Below the pieces are notes generated by a model, which saw only the letters and a list, made by a program, of their open reading frames with translations, had not been told where the DNA came from and did not search any database. Shown here piece by piece: positions 9,343 to 18,806 of a stretch of DNA of 64,000 nucleotides. The first letter of the stretch is position 1. Each line of letters starts with the position of its first letter. A program made the translations under genes and the position numbers. Source of the stretch: Cenarchaeum sp. (GTDB lineage Archaea > Thermoproteota > Nitrososphaeria > Nitrososphaerales > Nitrosopumilaceae); assembly GCA_963693095.2 (NCBI GenBank), contig OY843768.1, forward strand, positions 672,001 through 736,000, in the 5' to 3' direction.

Positions 9343-9798
9343 CTATATCTCCTGGGCCACCAGCTCGACATGCGTGAGCGTATTGTTCTTTGGCGATGCC
9401 CTTCCAAAAGCGCGTGGGGTAAAGCGCTCTATTACCATTCCCTTGTGGACAGTCGCGCCGACTATGCGGAGCCTGTCAAGGTCCATCCCCTTGTACTCGG
9501 CGTTTGCCTCGAGGTTGTCAAGGAGGCGGATAAACTCCGCTGCTGCCTTTACGGGATAGCGTCCGGCCATGACTCCGGGATCTGACTTGTGGCCCACCTG
9601 CCTCTTGTAGCGGCGCATCGGCACTGCACGCTCTAGCCTTGTGACTGCCTGCAGGTAGTCGCGCGCGGCCTCTAGTGTGAGCTTTTTGATGCTGACTGCT
9701 ATCTCGCGCGCATGCTTGTGCGATATCTGCCTCTCGCGCATTGCGGCGCGCACGTGGCGCGTCTCGTCATAGCCCTGGAATGAGTAACCGTACGCCAT
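9343..9798 (-). CDS. rpl22: 50S ribosomal protein uL22
   Basis: [18 protein letters not shown] and PRAFGRASP...THVELV. Confidence 0.96.
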   Translation of the reverse strand: MAYGYSFQGYDETRHVRAAMRERQISHKHAREIAVSIKKLTLEAARDYLQAVTRLERAVPMRRYKRQVGHKSDPGVMAGRYPVKAAAEFIRLLDNLEANAEYKGMDLDRLRIVGATVHKGMVIERFTPRAFGRASPKNNTLTHVELVAQEI

Positions 9799-9803
9799 GT
9801 CAA

Positions 9804-10199
9804 TCACTTTAGAGGCACATAGAGGCTTGACCTCGACGCCCCCACGCCCGGCGCTCCGTGGTTTACGCGCTTGTTTGTAACAACGAACTCGCCAAGATAG
9901 CGGCCTATCATCTCGGGCACAATGGTGACCTCGCGAAACTCCTTGCCAGAAAAGACGCTCACCTTTGCGCCGACCATGTATGGCAGGACGATGAGATCCC
10001 TGACATGGGTCCGGATCGAGCCACGCGCCTCCCCTGCGCGGGCGGCCTTTATCTCCTGGGTCAGCTTGCGCTTGCCGTCTGTGAGGCCCCGCGAGAGGGA
10101 TCTTCGCTGCCTAGCCGTAAACAGGCCAAACCAGCTCTCCGAGGGCATTGCCTCTAGCTCCTGCAGCGGAATTCCCCTATAGTCGAACTTTTTTACCAT
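9804..10199 (-). CDS. rps19: 30S ribosomal protein uS19
   Basis: IRTHVRDLIVLP, PEMIGRYLGEF and HGAPGVGASRSSLYVPLK. Confidence 0.97.
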   Translation of the reverse strand: MVKKFDYRGIPLQELEAMPSESWFGLFTARQRRSLSRGLTDGKRKLTQEIKAARAGEARGSIRTHVRDLIVLPYMVGAKVSVFSGKEFREVTIVPEMIGRYLGEFVVTNKRVNHGAPGVGASRSSLYVPLK

Positions 10200-10238
10200 T
10201 GCTGGCTGCCTCTGAGGGGGGTTTCACGCGTGGCCATA

Positions 10239-10505
10239 TTAGAGCATTCCTATTTTTGTGGCCAGATCGCGCGCTTTATCGGCCGTCTCGAACTTTACGA
10301 ACGCCTTTTTGCCGTATATCGTGCGAGTCGTGTTGACGCCCACGGCCTTTTGGCCATAGAGCTCGCCTATGGCCTCGACGACTTGCGCCTTGGTCGCGGA
10401 CCTCTCCACGATAAAGCAGACCTTTGCCTCCTTTTCGACCATCGCAAAGGTCTTCTCGGTGATGTACGGGCGAATGACCGTGGCTGCTGCCTCCTCGGCG
10501 TTCAA
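10239..10505 (-). CDS. rpl23: 50S ribosomal protein uL23
   Basis: IRPYITEKT...ATKAQV...VNT...GKKAFVKF. TTG start overlaps the uL4 stop. Confidence 0.92.
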   Translation of the reverse strand: MNAEEAAATVIRPYITEKTFAMVEKEAKVCFIVERSATKAQVVEAIGELYGQKAVGVNTTRTIYGKKAFVKFETADKARDLATKIGML

Positions 10506-11317
10506 CGCTGAACCTCCATGGCCTCTAGGTGCGGCGTGGCGATCTTTGATATCTCGCCTATCGCCGACTCGGTATAGACGGTGAGCCTTATCGGTGAGGC
10601 GCCTGGTGCGAGATCCAGCACGCTGAGGTCGCGTGCGCGGCAGACATCCACGCCCGGAACCGATCCGCATGCCCTGGAGAGCGCGTCGTCGTTTCCGGTC
10701 ACAAAGAGGACACTCTTGCCGACCTTTTTTGTTCGTCCGCGCAGGGCCGGCTTGCCGCTACGTCGTCCCCTTGCGAGGAGGCGCTCGACGTCCGGATAGA
10801 GGCCGAGTGCGCCAAGGAGCGCAGTGACGCCCTTTGCAGTCGACGTCTTTTCAACGTCGTCGCTGACAACAATTGGCAGGTTGGCCCCCTCTGGAACGCG
10901 GTGCCCGCGCGCCACGACTAGCGCCCTGTCCGCAGTTGCCGCAATCGCCGAGCATAGGGCGAGCCTGCGCTCCTTGCGGTTTATCCTCTTGTGTATGCGC
11001 CGCTCGGCCTTTGGCGGGTGTGCCTGCCTTCCGCCGCGAACCGACGCGACGCCGGCGGCCTCGCCCTGGCGCCTCCCGCCACTGGTGCGGATTCGCGCAA
11101 TCCTTGCCTGCCCGTGGCCAGTTGGCGGGTCAGCCGACCTTGCCACGACGTCCATGCCCGCAGTCGGGTGGGTCCCCTTTGGCTGAAAGTGGTGCGTGTT
11201 CATTATCGTGTATGCGCGCATTATGATGTCGTTGCGCACGGGCGTCTCAAAGACGCGCGGGAGCTCGACCTTTCCGCCGCCAGACCCGTCAGGCTTTACA
11301 ACTGCAACGCTTGTCAT
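10502..11317 (-). CDS. rpl4: 50S ribosomal protein uL4
   Basis: GHGQARIARI, GGRQAHPPK, INRKERRLA and DLAPGASPIRLTVYTE. Confidence 0.96.
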   Translation of the reverse strand: MTSVAVVKPDGSGGGKVELPRVFETPVRNDIIMRAYTIMNTHHFQPKGTHPTAGMDVVARSADPPTGHGQARIARIRTSGGRRQGEAAGVASVRGGRQAHPPKAERRIHKRINRKERRLALCSAIAATADRALVVARGHRVPEGANLPIVVSDDVEKTSTAKGVTALLGALGLYPDVERLLARGRRSGKPALRGRTKKVGKSVLFVTGNDDALSRACGSVPGVDVCRARDLSVLDLAPGASPIRLTVYTESAIGEISKIATPHLEAMEVQR

Positions 11318-12300
11318 GTGATTACCTCCAGGACGTTTGGCTTGGCGACCTTTGCTGCCGCGGCGCGCAACGGCGCCCTGAGCTTTATGAGCCTGCGCGG
11401 CGTTCCGGGAACAGAGCCCATCAGCACGACATAGTCTCCCTTTACGTTGCCGAAGCGAAGGTGGCCGCCTGCGGGGTTTATCGGATCATCGTCTCCTGCG
11501 CTGCCCATGATCATTATGCGCTTGTTGTACTCTACACGCTGGTGCGAGCCCATCTGGCCGGGGCGCGGGACGGTATACATGACATACTGGGGAGATATTG
11601 GCCCGAGCGAGCCGAGCTCCCTGACGCTCTTTCTTGACTTGTGCTGCTTTCGCTTTGCGCCGTATCGCTTTATGACGCTCTGCCATCCCTTGCCGCGCGT
11701 TATGGCCGCAACGTCGACGGTGGCACCGGTCTCAAAGACCCTGTCGACGCCGACCTCCTTGCCGAGGAGCCCGGAGACATACTCGAACTGTGCTGGCACG
11801 TCACCTCCGCCTATTGCGGCCTCAAAGATGTATGGCGTCTTTTGTCCGGTGCCCACGTCCTCCGGGGTCACTGCGAGTATCGCAAACATCTTGCTTATTT
11901 TGCCAAGCGACGACTTTGCCGCCTCTAGTGCGCCCTCGGCGCTCTTGAACGCAGCATGCTTGGAGATTTTTTTGGGAATGTCCTTTGCGTAAACGTCAAA
12001 CTCGGCATGATGGCCATCATGGTCCTGCGAGTAGCCCCTCACGCCAATGACTGTTGCCGGTGGCGTCACGATGACGGTTCCAACGCTGACTAGCTGCTTG
12101 CCGTGGTTTGGCGTGTGCTCGCGATCATCAATGCTGACGACTCGCACGCATCCGGCCTTGAATCCGGCATGGGCCAGCATGCGCGGCTCGCCGTTAACGG
12201 TGGGCCATGTGCGAATCCTGGCCTCCATAGTCCCGGCGCGCTTTCGCGGCAGGTATGCGAGGCTGCCCCTGCGCGGCTGACTGTGCTTTCTGTGGCCCAT
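11314..12300 (-). CDS. rpl3: 50S ribosomal protein uL3
   Basis: PRRGSLAYLPRKRA, GFKAG, TRGKGWQSVIKRYG and GSVPGTPRRLI. Confidence 0.97.
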   Translation of the reverse strand: MGHRKHSQPRRGSLAYLPRKRAGTMEARIRTWPTVNGEPRMLAHAGFKAGCVRVVSIDDREHTPNHGKQLVSVGTVIVTPPATVIGVRGYSQDHDGHHAEFDVYAKDIPKKISKHAAFKSAEGALEAAKSSLGKISKMFAILAVTPEDVGTGQKTPYIFEAAIGGGDVPAQFEYVSGLLGKEVGVDRVFETGATVDVAAITRGKGWQSVIKRYGAKRKQHKSRKSVRELGSLGPISPQYVMYTVPRPGQMGSHQRVEYNKRIMIMGSAGDDDPINPAGGHLRFGNVKGDYVVLMGSVPGTPRRLIKLRAPLRAAAAKVAKPNVLEVIT

Positions 12301-12603
12301 TTGGGCAGGACCCACATTCTGCCCCTTTTAACTATTATTGGCTAGCCGGTGTATGGGGCCAGCAGACGCCTGCCATTTTGGCCAAATGGGCGCGATCTTG
12401 CCAATCCGCTTGGCCGCAGGGGCGCCGCGCTGTGCGCACTGCCATGCGGCACATGTGCTGCCATTAACCTCGAGTCGCACGCACAATGGCCACAAAGCCC
12501 GGGTCATTCCACAAGTGCGGCGATGGCAATCCACAAAAATGCCCCGCCGGCGGCAATGCCCGCACCGCCTGCGGCCATGGCGAGCACGAGGCGCCTGCGT
12601 GCC

Positions 12604-13422
12604 CTATGCACTGTCACCACCGCCGGGTGCCGCATCAAGTATGGCCAGCGTGCCGAGGATCGCCTCCTCGAGCCTGACGGTGGCCGTGCGCTGGTTTGGA
12701 AAAAAGTTGACCATTTTCGCGTTTTGCACCCGTGCGGCCTGTGAGCCAAGAATCTGTGGAAGGCCCCTGTCAGCGGATCCAAAGACGACTAGCGTATTGC
12801 CGTTGCGTGCCCTGCGCGCCGCTCCCGCACCGCCGGGCTTGCCGCGCCGCGACGTGAGTATGACCGGACCGTTCCATGAGCGCAGCAGATCAATGAGGCT
12901 AGAGCGCGCAAGCACGCCATATCCCCAGTAGCCCGGCGCCTCTTCGGCGCTTACCTCCTTTGATGCGAGCTCGGGCGGGCCGGACTTTAGGCGAACCGTG
13001 ACGCGCGAGCCGGCGCGCTTGTCCCCGCGATACGCAAGGGACCGGCCGAGTCCAACGTCGACGACCTTTGATCCGCGCACGACGGCCACGACACCCTCGC
13101 GAACGTCACCTGCCCTGACGTCGCGCACATGGCGCGCGACTGTGTGGCTTGGAATCTGCAGTGGGTGCATGACGCCGACGTGGCGGAGTGCGTCGATCCT
13201 CGGATAGAGGACGCGGCGCAGGTACTGCGGGGTCTCGGCATAGCGCAACAGGCTCACAAGAAACGACGCGTCCTCGCGCGATGCGCGATCGCCATACACG
13301 TACACCTCCATGACCCCAAATATCGCGCACGCGCGGGCGATCGAGGATGCCTTTCTGGTCTTGGACTCGCGTGTCGGCTCATCGGATATGGCCGAGTCCG
13401 GTATGGCCACTGAAAGTGTCAT
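12604..13422 (-). CDS. SPOUT-family putative RNA methyltransferase (DUF171)
   Basis: SIARACAIFGV, YAETPQYLRR and NFFPNQRTATVRLEEAI; typical neighbour of rpl3 in archaea. Confidence 0.88.
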   Translation of the reverse strand: MTLSVAIPDSAISDEPTRESKTRKASSIARACAIFGVMEVYVYGDRASREDASFLVSLLRYAETPQYLRRVLYPRIDALRHVGVMHPLQIPSHTVARHVRDVRAGDVREGVVAVVRGSKVVDVGLGRSLAYRGDKRAGSRVTVRLKSGPPELASKEVSAEEAPGYWGYGVLARSSLIDLLRSWNGPVILTSRRGKPGGAGAARRARNGNTLVVFGSADRGLPQILGSQAARVQNAKMVNFFPNQRTATVRLEEAILGTLAILDAAPGGGDSA

Positions 13423-13464
13423 GTCGCACGTGCTCCACGCGCCGCAATAAAAGGAATGTGGGCA

Positions 13465-14208
13465 CTATGTGCCGGCACTGTCGACATATGCGGTCTTTGC
13501 CGCCTTTGTGATGGACTCCACGTCCGCATCCGAGACTATCTCAAAGGTGCGCGTGCTCGCAGACACGCGGGCCATCCTGATGCGGCTGCCCTTGTCGGCG
13601 TCGCTGCGCGACATCTGTATTGCCGCCGCTGCGAGCTTTGTGGCATCATCGAGCCCCATGTCAGCACTGTAGGCCTTTTCGAGGAATTTTGTGACGTCGT
13701 CAGTTCCTGCGCCGATGGCCACGGCGTCATACGATATGTACGTCCCGCTCGGGTCAGTCAGGAACAGCCTGCCTGCCCCGTCGCCGTCGACTCCGGCGAG
13801 TATGAGCGCGACTCCAAACGGCCTCACGCCGGCAAACTGCGTAAACTGCTGCGCCTGGTCGGCGATGTGCCTGGCGACTGTCTCGACGTCGACGTCCTCG
13901 TCGTATATGAGGCGGTTGCTCTGCGAAAAGAACCTTGCATTGTCAACCTGGCTCCTGGCGTCAGGAATGTATCCGGCTGCGGCAACGCCGATATGGCCGT
14001 CGACCTGGAATATCTTTTGGAGCCTGTCTGATATCTGGAGCTTGCGCGAGCTCTCCTCGACTCCGATCACGATTCCCTCACGCGACTTTACGCCCACTGC
14101 GATCGTGCCACGCCTGACTGTCTCGATGGCGTACTCGACCTGGTATAGGCGCCCGTCAGGCGAGAATACGGTTATGGCCCTGTCATAGCCCTGCTGCGCT
14201 GGAAGCAA
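13465..14208 (-). CDS. psmA: 20S proteasome alpha subunit
   Basis: GYDRAITVFSPDGRLYQVEYA and RPFGVALI. Confidence 0.97.
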   Translation of the reverse strand: MLPAQQGYDRAITVFSPDGRLYQVEYAIETVRRGTIAVGVKSREGIVIGVEESSRKLQISDRLQKIFQVDGHIGVAAAGYIPDARSQVDNARFFSQSNRLIYDEDVDVETVARHIADQAQQFTQFAGVRPFGVALILAGVDGDGAGRLFLTDPSGTYISYDAVAIGAGTDDVTKFLEKAYSADMGLDDATKLAAAAIQMSRSDADKGSRIRMARVSASTRTFEIVSDADVESITKAAKTAYVDSAGT

Positions 14209-14260
14209 TGCGGCACGCCCGATTAACGTTTAATTTAAGTCATGCCGCACTCGTGGGCCA

Positions 14261-14677
14261 TTGAGGTTTGAGATCGAGTTTTTTGGGCACGAGAACGTGC
14301 GTGCGCTGCATGAAAAGACCATAGAGGTCACGCGCGATGGAGCGCTCACGCCCGCGGGGGACTGCGTCGTCGGCGTGGGGGCATCGTGCGCGTGCTCTGG
14401 CCTGCCTGATGCGCTAAAGGCGCGCCTGCGCGACGCCTCAGCCGAGGTGAGAGTCGAGATCGCAGTGGACAGCATGGCCTTTGCCGTGCGGGGCAGGGGT
14501 GACCCCTCCCTGGCCCTGAGTGACACGCGCGACATTGTCGTGCGAAAGAGCTCGTACGCATGCCCGCGCACGCTTGCAGTCAGGTGCGATGCGGCCTCTG
14601 ACTCGATGCCCCGCGAGATGGTCCGCGCGCTGCGCGAGGCCGGCACGCGAGCGACGCTCTCAATCGAGGTTTGCTAG
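14261..14677 (+). CDS. DUF371 family protein
   Basis: GHENVRALHEKTIEVTRD..LTPAGDCVVGV and IVVRKSSY...RTLAV. Confidence 0.85.
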   Translation: MRFEIEFFGHENVRALHEKTIEVTRDGALTPAGDCVVGVGASCACSGLPDALKARLRDASAEVRVEIAVDSMAFAVRGRGDPSLALSDTRDIVVRKSSYACPRTLAVRCDAASDSMPREMVRALREAGTRATLSIEVC

Positions 14678-14715
14678 GTCAGACTTATAGCCCACATGGG
14701 CGCCTATGGGGCACG

Positions 14716-14838
14716 ATGAGCCCGTTTCTCTCAAAGGTTCTAGTCATAGTGCCCCTGGCAATAATGGCCGGCGTCATATTCGGGTTTGGCATATACAACA
14801 CGCTCTGCAAAAACTCCAACATCGAGCTGGGCTGCTAG
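14716..14838 (+). CDS. Putative 40-aa single-TM membrane peptide
   Basis: Hand translation MSPFLSKVLVIVPLAIMAGVIFGFGIYNTLCKNSNIELGC; TTATA at about 14685 upstream. Confidence 0.55.
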   Translation: MSPFLSKVLVIVPLAIMAGVIFGFGIYNTLCKNSNIELGC

Positions 14839-14862
14839 GGCGCCCTGTCCTGCTTTTGGGCC

Positions 14863-15240
14863 GTGGCGCACCGCGATCCTAATAAGCGCCGACGGCATGG
14901 CCGGGGCATGAGGCCGCGAATAGACGCCGAGCTTGGCGGGGAGGCGACTGACGAGCAGCTCGCCGAGATGCGCGAGTGTCTGCGCGAGATGCCAGTCTCT
15001 GAGGCCCTCGCGGGCCTGCGATTTGCCCGGCGTAGGTGGGAGTCAAAGGACTCGGGCACGCTTCGCGTGGGCCGCAAGAGCATCGTGCAAAGGGAAGTTC
15101 ACTCTGTCACCGCCGAGCAGGCAAGGTGGCGCCTGGACAACTGGAGGCTCATGGTGACCAACTATCGAAGGCGCGGATACAGCTATCCTACGATCAGCCG
15201 CATAAAAAAAGAGCTTGCGGTACGTGCCGACAAACCCTAG
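14863..15240 (+). CDS. Hypothetical basic protein
   Basis: 125-aa ORF with host-like codon usage; stop overlaps the convergent gene at CTAG. Confidence 0.65.
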   Translation: MAHRDPNKRRRHGRGMRPRIDAELGGEATDEQLAEMRECLREMPVSEALAGLRFARRRWESKDSGTLRVGRKSIVQREVHSVTAEQARWRLDNWRLMVTNYRRRGYSYPTISRIKKELAVRADKP

Positions 15241-15722
15241 GGCTTGCGGCCGCCGGTTATGCCCGATGCGTGATCCCACGTTGAATAGTATGTCGGCTCT
15301 ATCTCTATGAGCACGGACTGGCCGCCCTTTACGCCATCTAGCAGTGCGGCCGCAATGTCATTGTCAAGGCTTCCTGTGTACTTTAGCATGATTCTCTCGG
15401 CTATGGGCAGTGCCATGCCAATGTCCTCATGCAGCGTCGCGATGCCCTTGCCGCGAACTCCCCTGTACGGGACGCGCTCGTCATCGACGCAAAAGTACAC
15501 GCGTGGCCTCCTCCTGATGTTGGCCACCTTTTTGGACGCCCTTGCGGCATCGATGTAGAGCCTTTCGCGCTCATAGACATACCACACGGGATGGACGTTG
15601 GCATCACCGTCAGCATCAATGGTGCCAAGCTGCAAGTTTAGCTTGCTCTTTTCCAAAAATTCAATGGCCTGCCCCTCCTGGAGGGCATCGCCGAATCCGG
15701 GGCTTGCGTGATATATCCTCAA
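15237..15722 (-). CDS. Pyridoxamine 5'-phosphate oxidase-like (split-barrel, possibly F420-binding) protein
   Basis: LQLGTID..G.ANVHPVWY and SKKVANIRRRPRVYFCVD...YRGVRGKG. Start uncertain. Confidence 0.85.
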   Translation of the reverse strand: MRIYHASPGFGDALQEGQAIEFLEKSKLNLQLGTIDADGDANVHPVWYVYERERLYIDAARASKKVANIRRRPRVYFCVDDERVPYRGVRGKGIATLHEDIGMALPIAERIMLKYTGSLDNDIAAALLDGVKGGQSVLIEIEPTYYSTWDHASGITGGRKP

Positions 15723-15989
15723 GTCTGCGCGCGTTGCGCACAACGGGTTTTAAAACACTTTGTGGGCATGTCGGCCACCACGGATGCGCTATGGCGGGAT
15801 TGACCCCATGGGGTGCCTTGGCCACGGCAGGCTCCCGTGGGCCGGCAGTGTGGCCATGTTGGAAGGGGCAGCGCATTGCCCATGTGCTGGTCTTGTGCCG
15901 TGCAGGAGGTGGGGGTGAGCGCCTGTGCCCATGCGCGCAATGGATCGGCACATTGTTCAGAACCCGCACACGCACCGCACGGAAAGATC

Positions 15990-16676
15990 CTATGTGTAGA
16001 CCTGTTTGTCAGAGATTACGTCCTGCTTTAGGTCCACAGGAGGCGTCGGCAACCTCTCTGCCTGCGTGGGCACAATGTCTAGCCCCGGCGGCGTCGGCAG
16101 CCTTGCAACCGTGTCCCGCTCTAGTGCGGCGCGCGCCTCGTCAAGTATTGCGTTGGCCTCGGGGTTTGACTGCGCACTCTCCGGCACAAGGCCGGTTCCC
16201 ACAGAGGCACCCTCCAGTATGTCCCTCATGGACTGCTCAAAGTCGCCAAGTGACTCACTGACGTTTGGCATCATGCTCCCTATGCCCGGCGCGATATCCT
16301 TGATGAGTGCCATGCACGGGCTAAGCGTGACTACAATGTCGCCATACTCGGCCACCGTGCCCAGGCGCGTTCGCACGCCTTCGACTGCATTTTGCGCATT
16401 TCTTATCACATTGCGCATCCTCCTGATCTCGGCGAGCTCTTGCGCATATCCCCTGGCGTATCCGATGTTGCCGGCACGCTGCGCCTCGGCTATCTTTAGC
16501 AGCATGGCCGCATCCCTCTTTTTTAGCGTGTCCTGTATCCCGTCAAGGCGCGCTATCTGCGTCTCGAGCCTTTTTTGGGCAGTGTCGATCCGCGTCTTTA
16601 GCGGAACCTCTGGGCGAATGCCCCTGAGTATCCTTTGTGAGAGGTTTGCACCACCGTTTGACCAGCCCGGGATCAA
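15990..16676 (-). CDS. cdvB: ESCRT-III/Snf7-family cell division protein CdvB homolog
   Basis: Helical Snf7 core (PLKTRID.AQKRLE...ARGYAQELAEIRRM...RLGTVAEYGD), EANAILDEA and a Pro-rich tail. Confidence 0.85.
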   Translation of the reverse strand: MIPGWSNGGANLSQRILRGIRPEVPLKTRIDTAQKRLETQIARLDGIQDTLKKRDAAMLLKIAEAQRAGNIGYARGYAQELAEIRRMRNVIRNAQNAVEGVRTRLGTVAEYGDIVVTLSPCMALIKDIAPGIGSMMPNVSESLGDFEQSMRDILEGASVGTGLVPESAQSNPEANAILDEARAALERDTVARLPTPPGLDIVPTQAERLPTPPVDLKQDVISDKQVYT

Positions 16677-16757
16677 TATACATGAATGCGCAAAACCCGC
16701 CTTTAAAGAGCCATGTCACCGCGCATCGCGTCACCGTGGTGACATGGGCGGCGGATA

Positions 16758-17861
16758 CTAGCCAAAGGTGAACGTGTATATCGCAAATCCGGGCTCGCTC
16801 GTGCGCAGCTCGAGGAGGCGCGGCGAGGAGGACTCGCTATTGACAATGTTGTACAGGCCATGCCCTGATATGGCCGCAACGCCGTCACTGACTGCCGAGC
16901 CGGCGTCGCCTGCGCCTATGGGCTCGCCGTCAAGGAGGACTTCGAGGGACGCCATGCCCTCACTGCCGGCCACGATATTGACCTCCTTTGCATAGTATGG
17001 GAGGTGCACCCTGCCGGACTCGGAGACGAGGATCATGCCGTCAGGCGTGTTTGTCCACGTGCCCTCGGGGTAAAAGTGGTTTGCCTCCAGCTCTGCAGGA
17101 ACCGTGTACGTCACGTCCTGCATGGGTTCAAAGCCCTCGGGGCTGCCGAGCTGGTTTCGCCCGTACGCAAACGCATACCCAAAGTAGAGCTCGCGCGTGC
17201 GACCCTCGTTCTCGTACTCGGCAATGTCCACGGTGCCCATGTCGGCCATGGGGGACATGCCGCGCGCCTCGGCACGCTCGGCGAGGAGTGCCTGGATCAC
17301 GCGCTCGGTGTTCTCATAGTCGCCCTCGCCGATGTGGTCATACCTGATATTGCCCTCATGGTCTGCGATGTACTTGCGTGGCCAGTACCTGTTCTCAAAG
17401 GCCTTCCATGTCTCCATGTCGTTGTCCATTACCACGGGGTATGCGATCTCGTGCTTTTGCACGGCGCGCTCGACATTTGCGATCTCTTTTTCAAACTCAA
17501 ACTCTGGTGAGTGGACGCCGATGATGAGGAGGCCGTCATCGGCATACCTCTCGTCCCATGACGTGATGTACGGGAGCGTGCGTATGCAGTTTATGCAAGA
17601 GTATGTCCAGATGTCATAAAGGACGACGCTGTCCTCAATCTCCTCGGCGAGGGCCTCAGGTGTCGTGTTTATATAGTGCGCAATGCCGACTAGGTCTGGT
17701 GCGGGGTTGTCCGGCCTTGCCGGAACCGATGCGGGCGCCTCGCCGTCGAGTTGCTGAGGTACAACGGCCTCATCTAGCGTCGAGAGCGCAATGCCGAGAA
17801 CCGCGACGCCAACGACAATTATGGCGCCATATACTATTGCGGTCTTTATGTTTGCATCCAT
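16758..17861 (-). CDS. Membrane-anchored redoxin (DipZ-like thioredoxin plus C-terminal domain)
   Basis: N-terminal TM, DIWTYSCINCIRT, GVHSPEFEFEK, NRYWP and YTFTFG end. Confidence 0.9.
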   Translation of the reverse strand: MDANIKTAIVYGAIIVVGVAVLGIALSTLDEAVVPQQLDGEAPASVPARPDNPAPDLVGIAHYINTTPEALAEEIEDSVVLYDIWTYSCINCIRTLPYITSWDERYADDGLLIIGVHSPEFEFEKEIANVERAVQKHEIAYPVVMDNDMETWKAFENRYWPRKYIADHEGNIRYDHIGEGDYENTERVIQALLAERAEARGMSPMADMGTVDIAEYENEGRTRELYFGYAFAYGRNQLGSPEGFEPMQDVTYTVPAELEANHFYPEGTWTNTPDGMILVSESGRVHLPYYAKEVNIVAGSEGMASLEVLLDGEPIGAGDAGSAVSDGVAAISGHGLYNIVNSESSSPRLLELRTSEPGFAIYTFTFG

Positions 17862-17868
17862 CCTTCAT

Positions 17869-18600
17869 TCACCCGAGTAGCACCAGCTCGTTTAGGAGCG
17901 GAAAGTTTGCAATGTATGCGAGCTGGCCGGTCAGGACAAGGACGCCGAGCGCAATGATCATGACGCCGAGGGCAACTGAATAGTAGCGCAGGTGGCGGCT
18001 CATTGCGCGCACTAGTGGCGTCGCGCGCGAAAAGAACGCACCCATTAGGAGAAACGGTATGCCCAGGCCCAGCGAGTACGCCAAGAGCAGGCTAAATGAC
18101 GCAGACGGCGTCGTTGCCGCAAGTGTCAGGATCGTTCCCAGAACGGGGCCAACGCACGGCGTCCAGCCGGCGGCAAACGCGAGGCCAAAGACAAACGACA
18201 TTGGAAGGCTTGCGCGACCCCCCTTTGGCAGGAACTTTTTCTCGAGGTTTAGCGATGCGCACTTTGTCGAGATGAGCATGAATGCGCCAAAGCCGATTAT
18301 GATGATTCCGCCGACATAGTTTAGCGTGCCGGCGAGCTCGGCGGCCGACTCGGAGAGGACGCTGTTTATGAGGACGCCGAGTGACGAGAAGACGACTGAA
18401 AAGCCGAGCACAAAGAAGACCGTGTTGAGCATGACGCCTGTCCTGTTTATGGTCTGCGTGGACGATCCCCTCTGCGCGAGCTCCGTTACTGTCGTGCCCG
18501 ATATGTATGCCAGGAATGCCGGTATCATGGGCAGTATGCACGGGGCGACAAAGGAGCCCACGCCGGCGAGGGCCGCTATGGCGATGCTAATCTCGGCCAA
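17869..18600 (-). CDS. ccdA: CcdA/DsbD transmembrane disulfide reductase
   Basis: SFVAPCILPMIPAFL and AAGWTPCVGPVLG. Confidence 0.92.
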   Translation of the reverse strand: MAEISIAIAALAGVGSFVAPCILPMIPAFLAYISGTTVTELAQRGSSTQTINRTGVMLNTVFFVLGFSVVFSSLGVLINSVLSESAAELAGTLNYVGGIIIIGFGAFMLISTKCASLNLEKKFLPKGGRASLPMSFVFGLAFAAGWTPCVGPVLGTILTLAATTPSASFSLLLAYSLGLGIPFLLMGAFFSRATPLVRAMSRHLRYYSVALGVMIIALGVLVLTGQLAYIANFPLLNELVLLG

Positions 18601-18698
18601 TGCCCATGCGTGGACGCCCGGCGCTTTAAAGCGTTATTCCAGATTTGTTCCACCTCTGCGCGCTTGACTTTTAAGCGCACGCGTGACGCGCCCGGACC

Positions 18699-18806
18699 AT
18701 GAACGTGCGCTTTGCCATAGTCGCCGCCGTGCTCGGCACTGCGATCATGGCGGCATTTCTCATGGGCTCGCCGATGTTTGGCGGCTATGACATGGCGGCC
18801 CGCTAG
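18699..18806 (+). CDS. Putative 35-aa hydrophobic peptide
   Basis: MNVRFAIVAAVLGTAIMAAFLMGSPMFGGYDMAAR; TTTTAA about 25 nt upstream; stop shares CTAG with bioF. Confidence 0.5.
   Translation: MNVRFAIVAAVLGTAIMAAFLMGSPMFGGYDMAAR

Noticed and set aside
4401-12300. Absence of uL2 and eIF1 and termination of the cluster at uL6 as a novelty
   Set aside because: Splitting of this cluster is common in archaea, so the genes are probably elsewhere in the genome.
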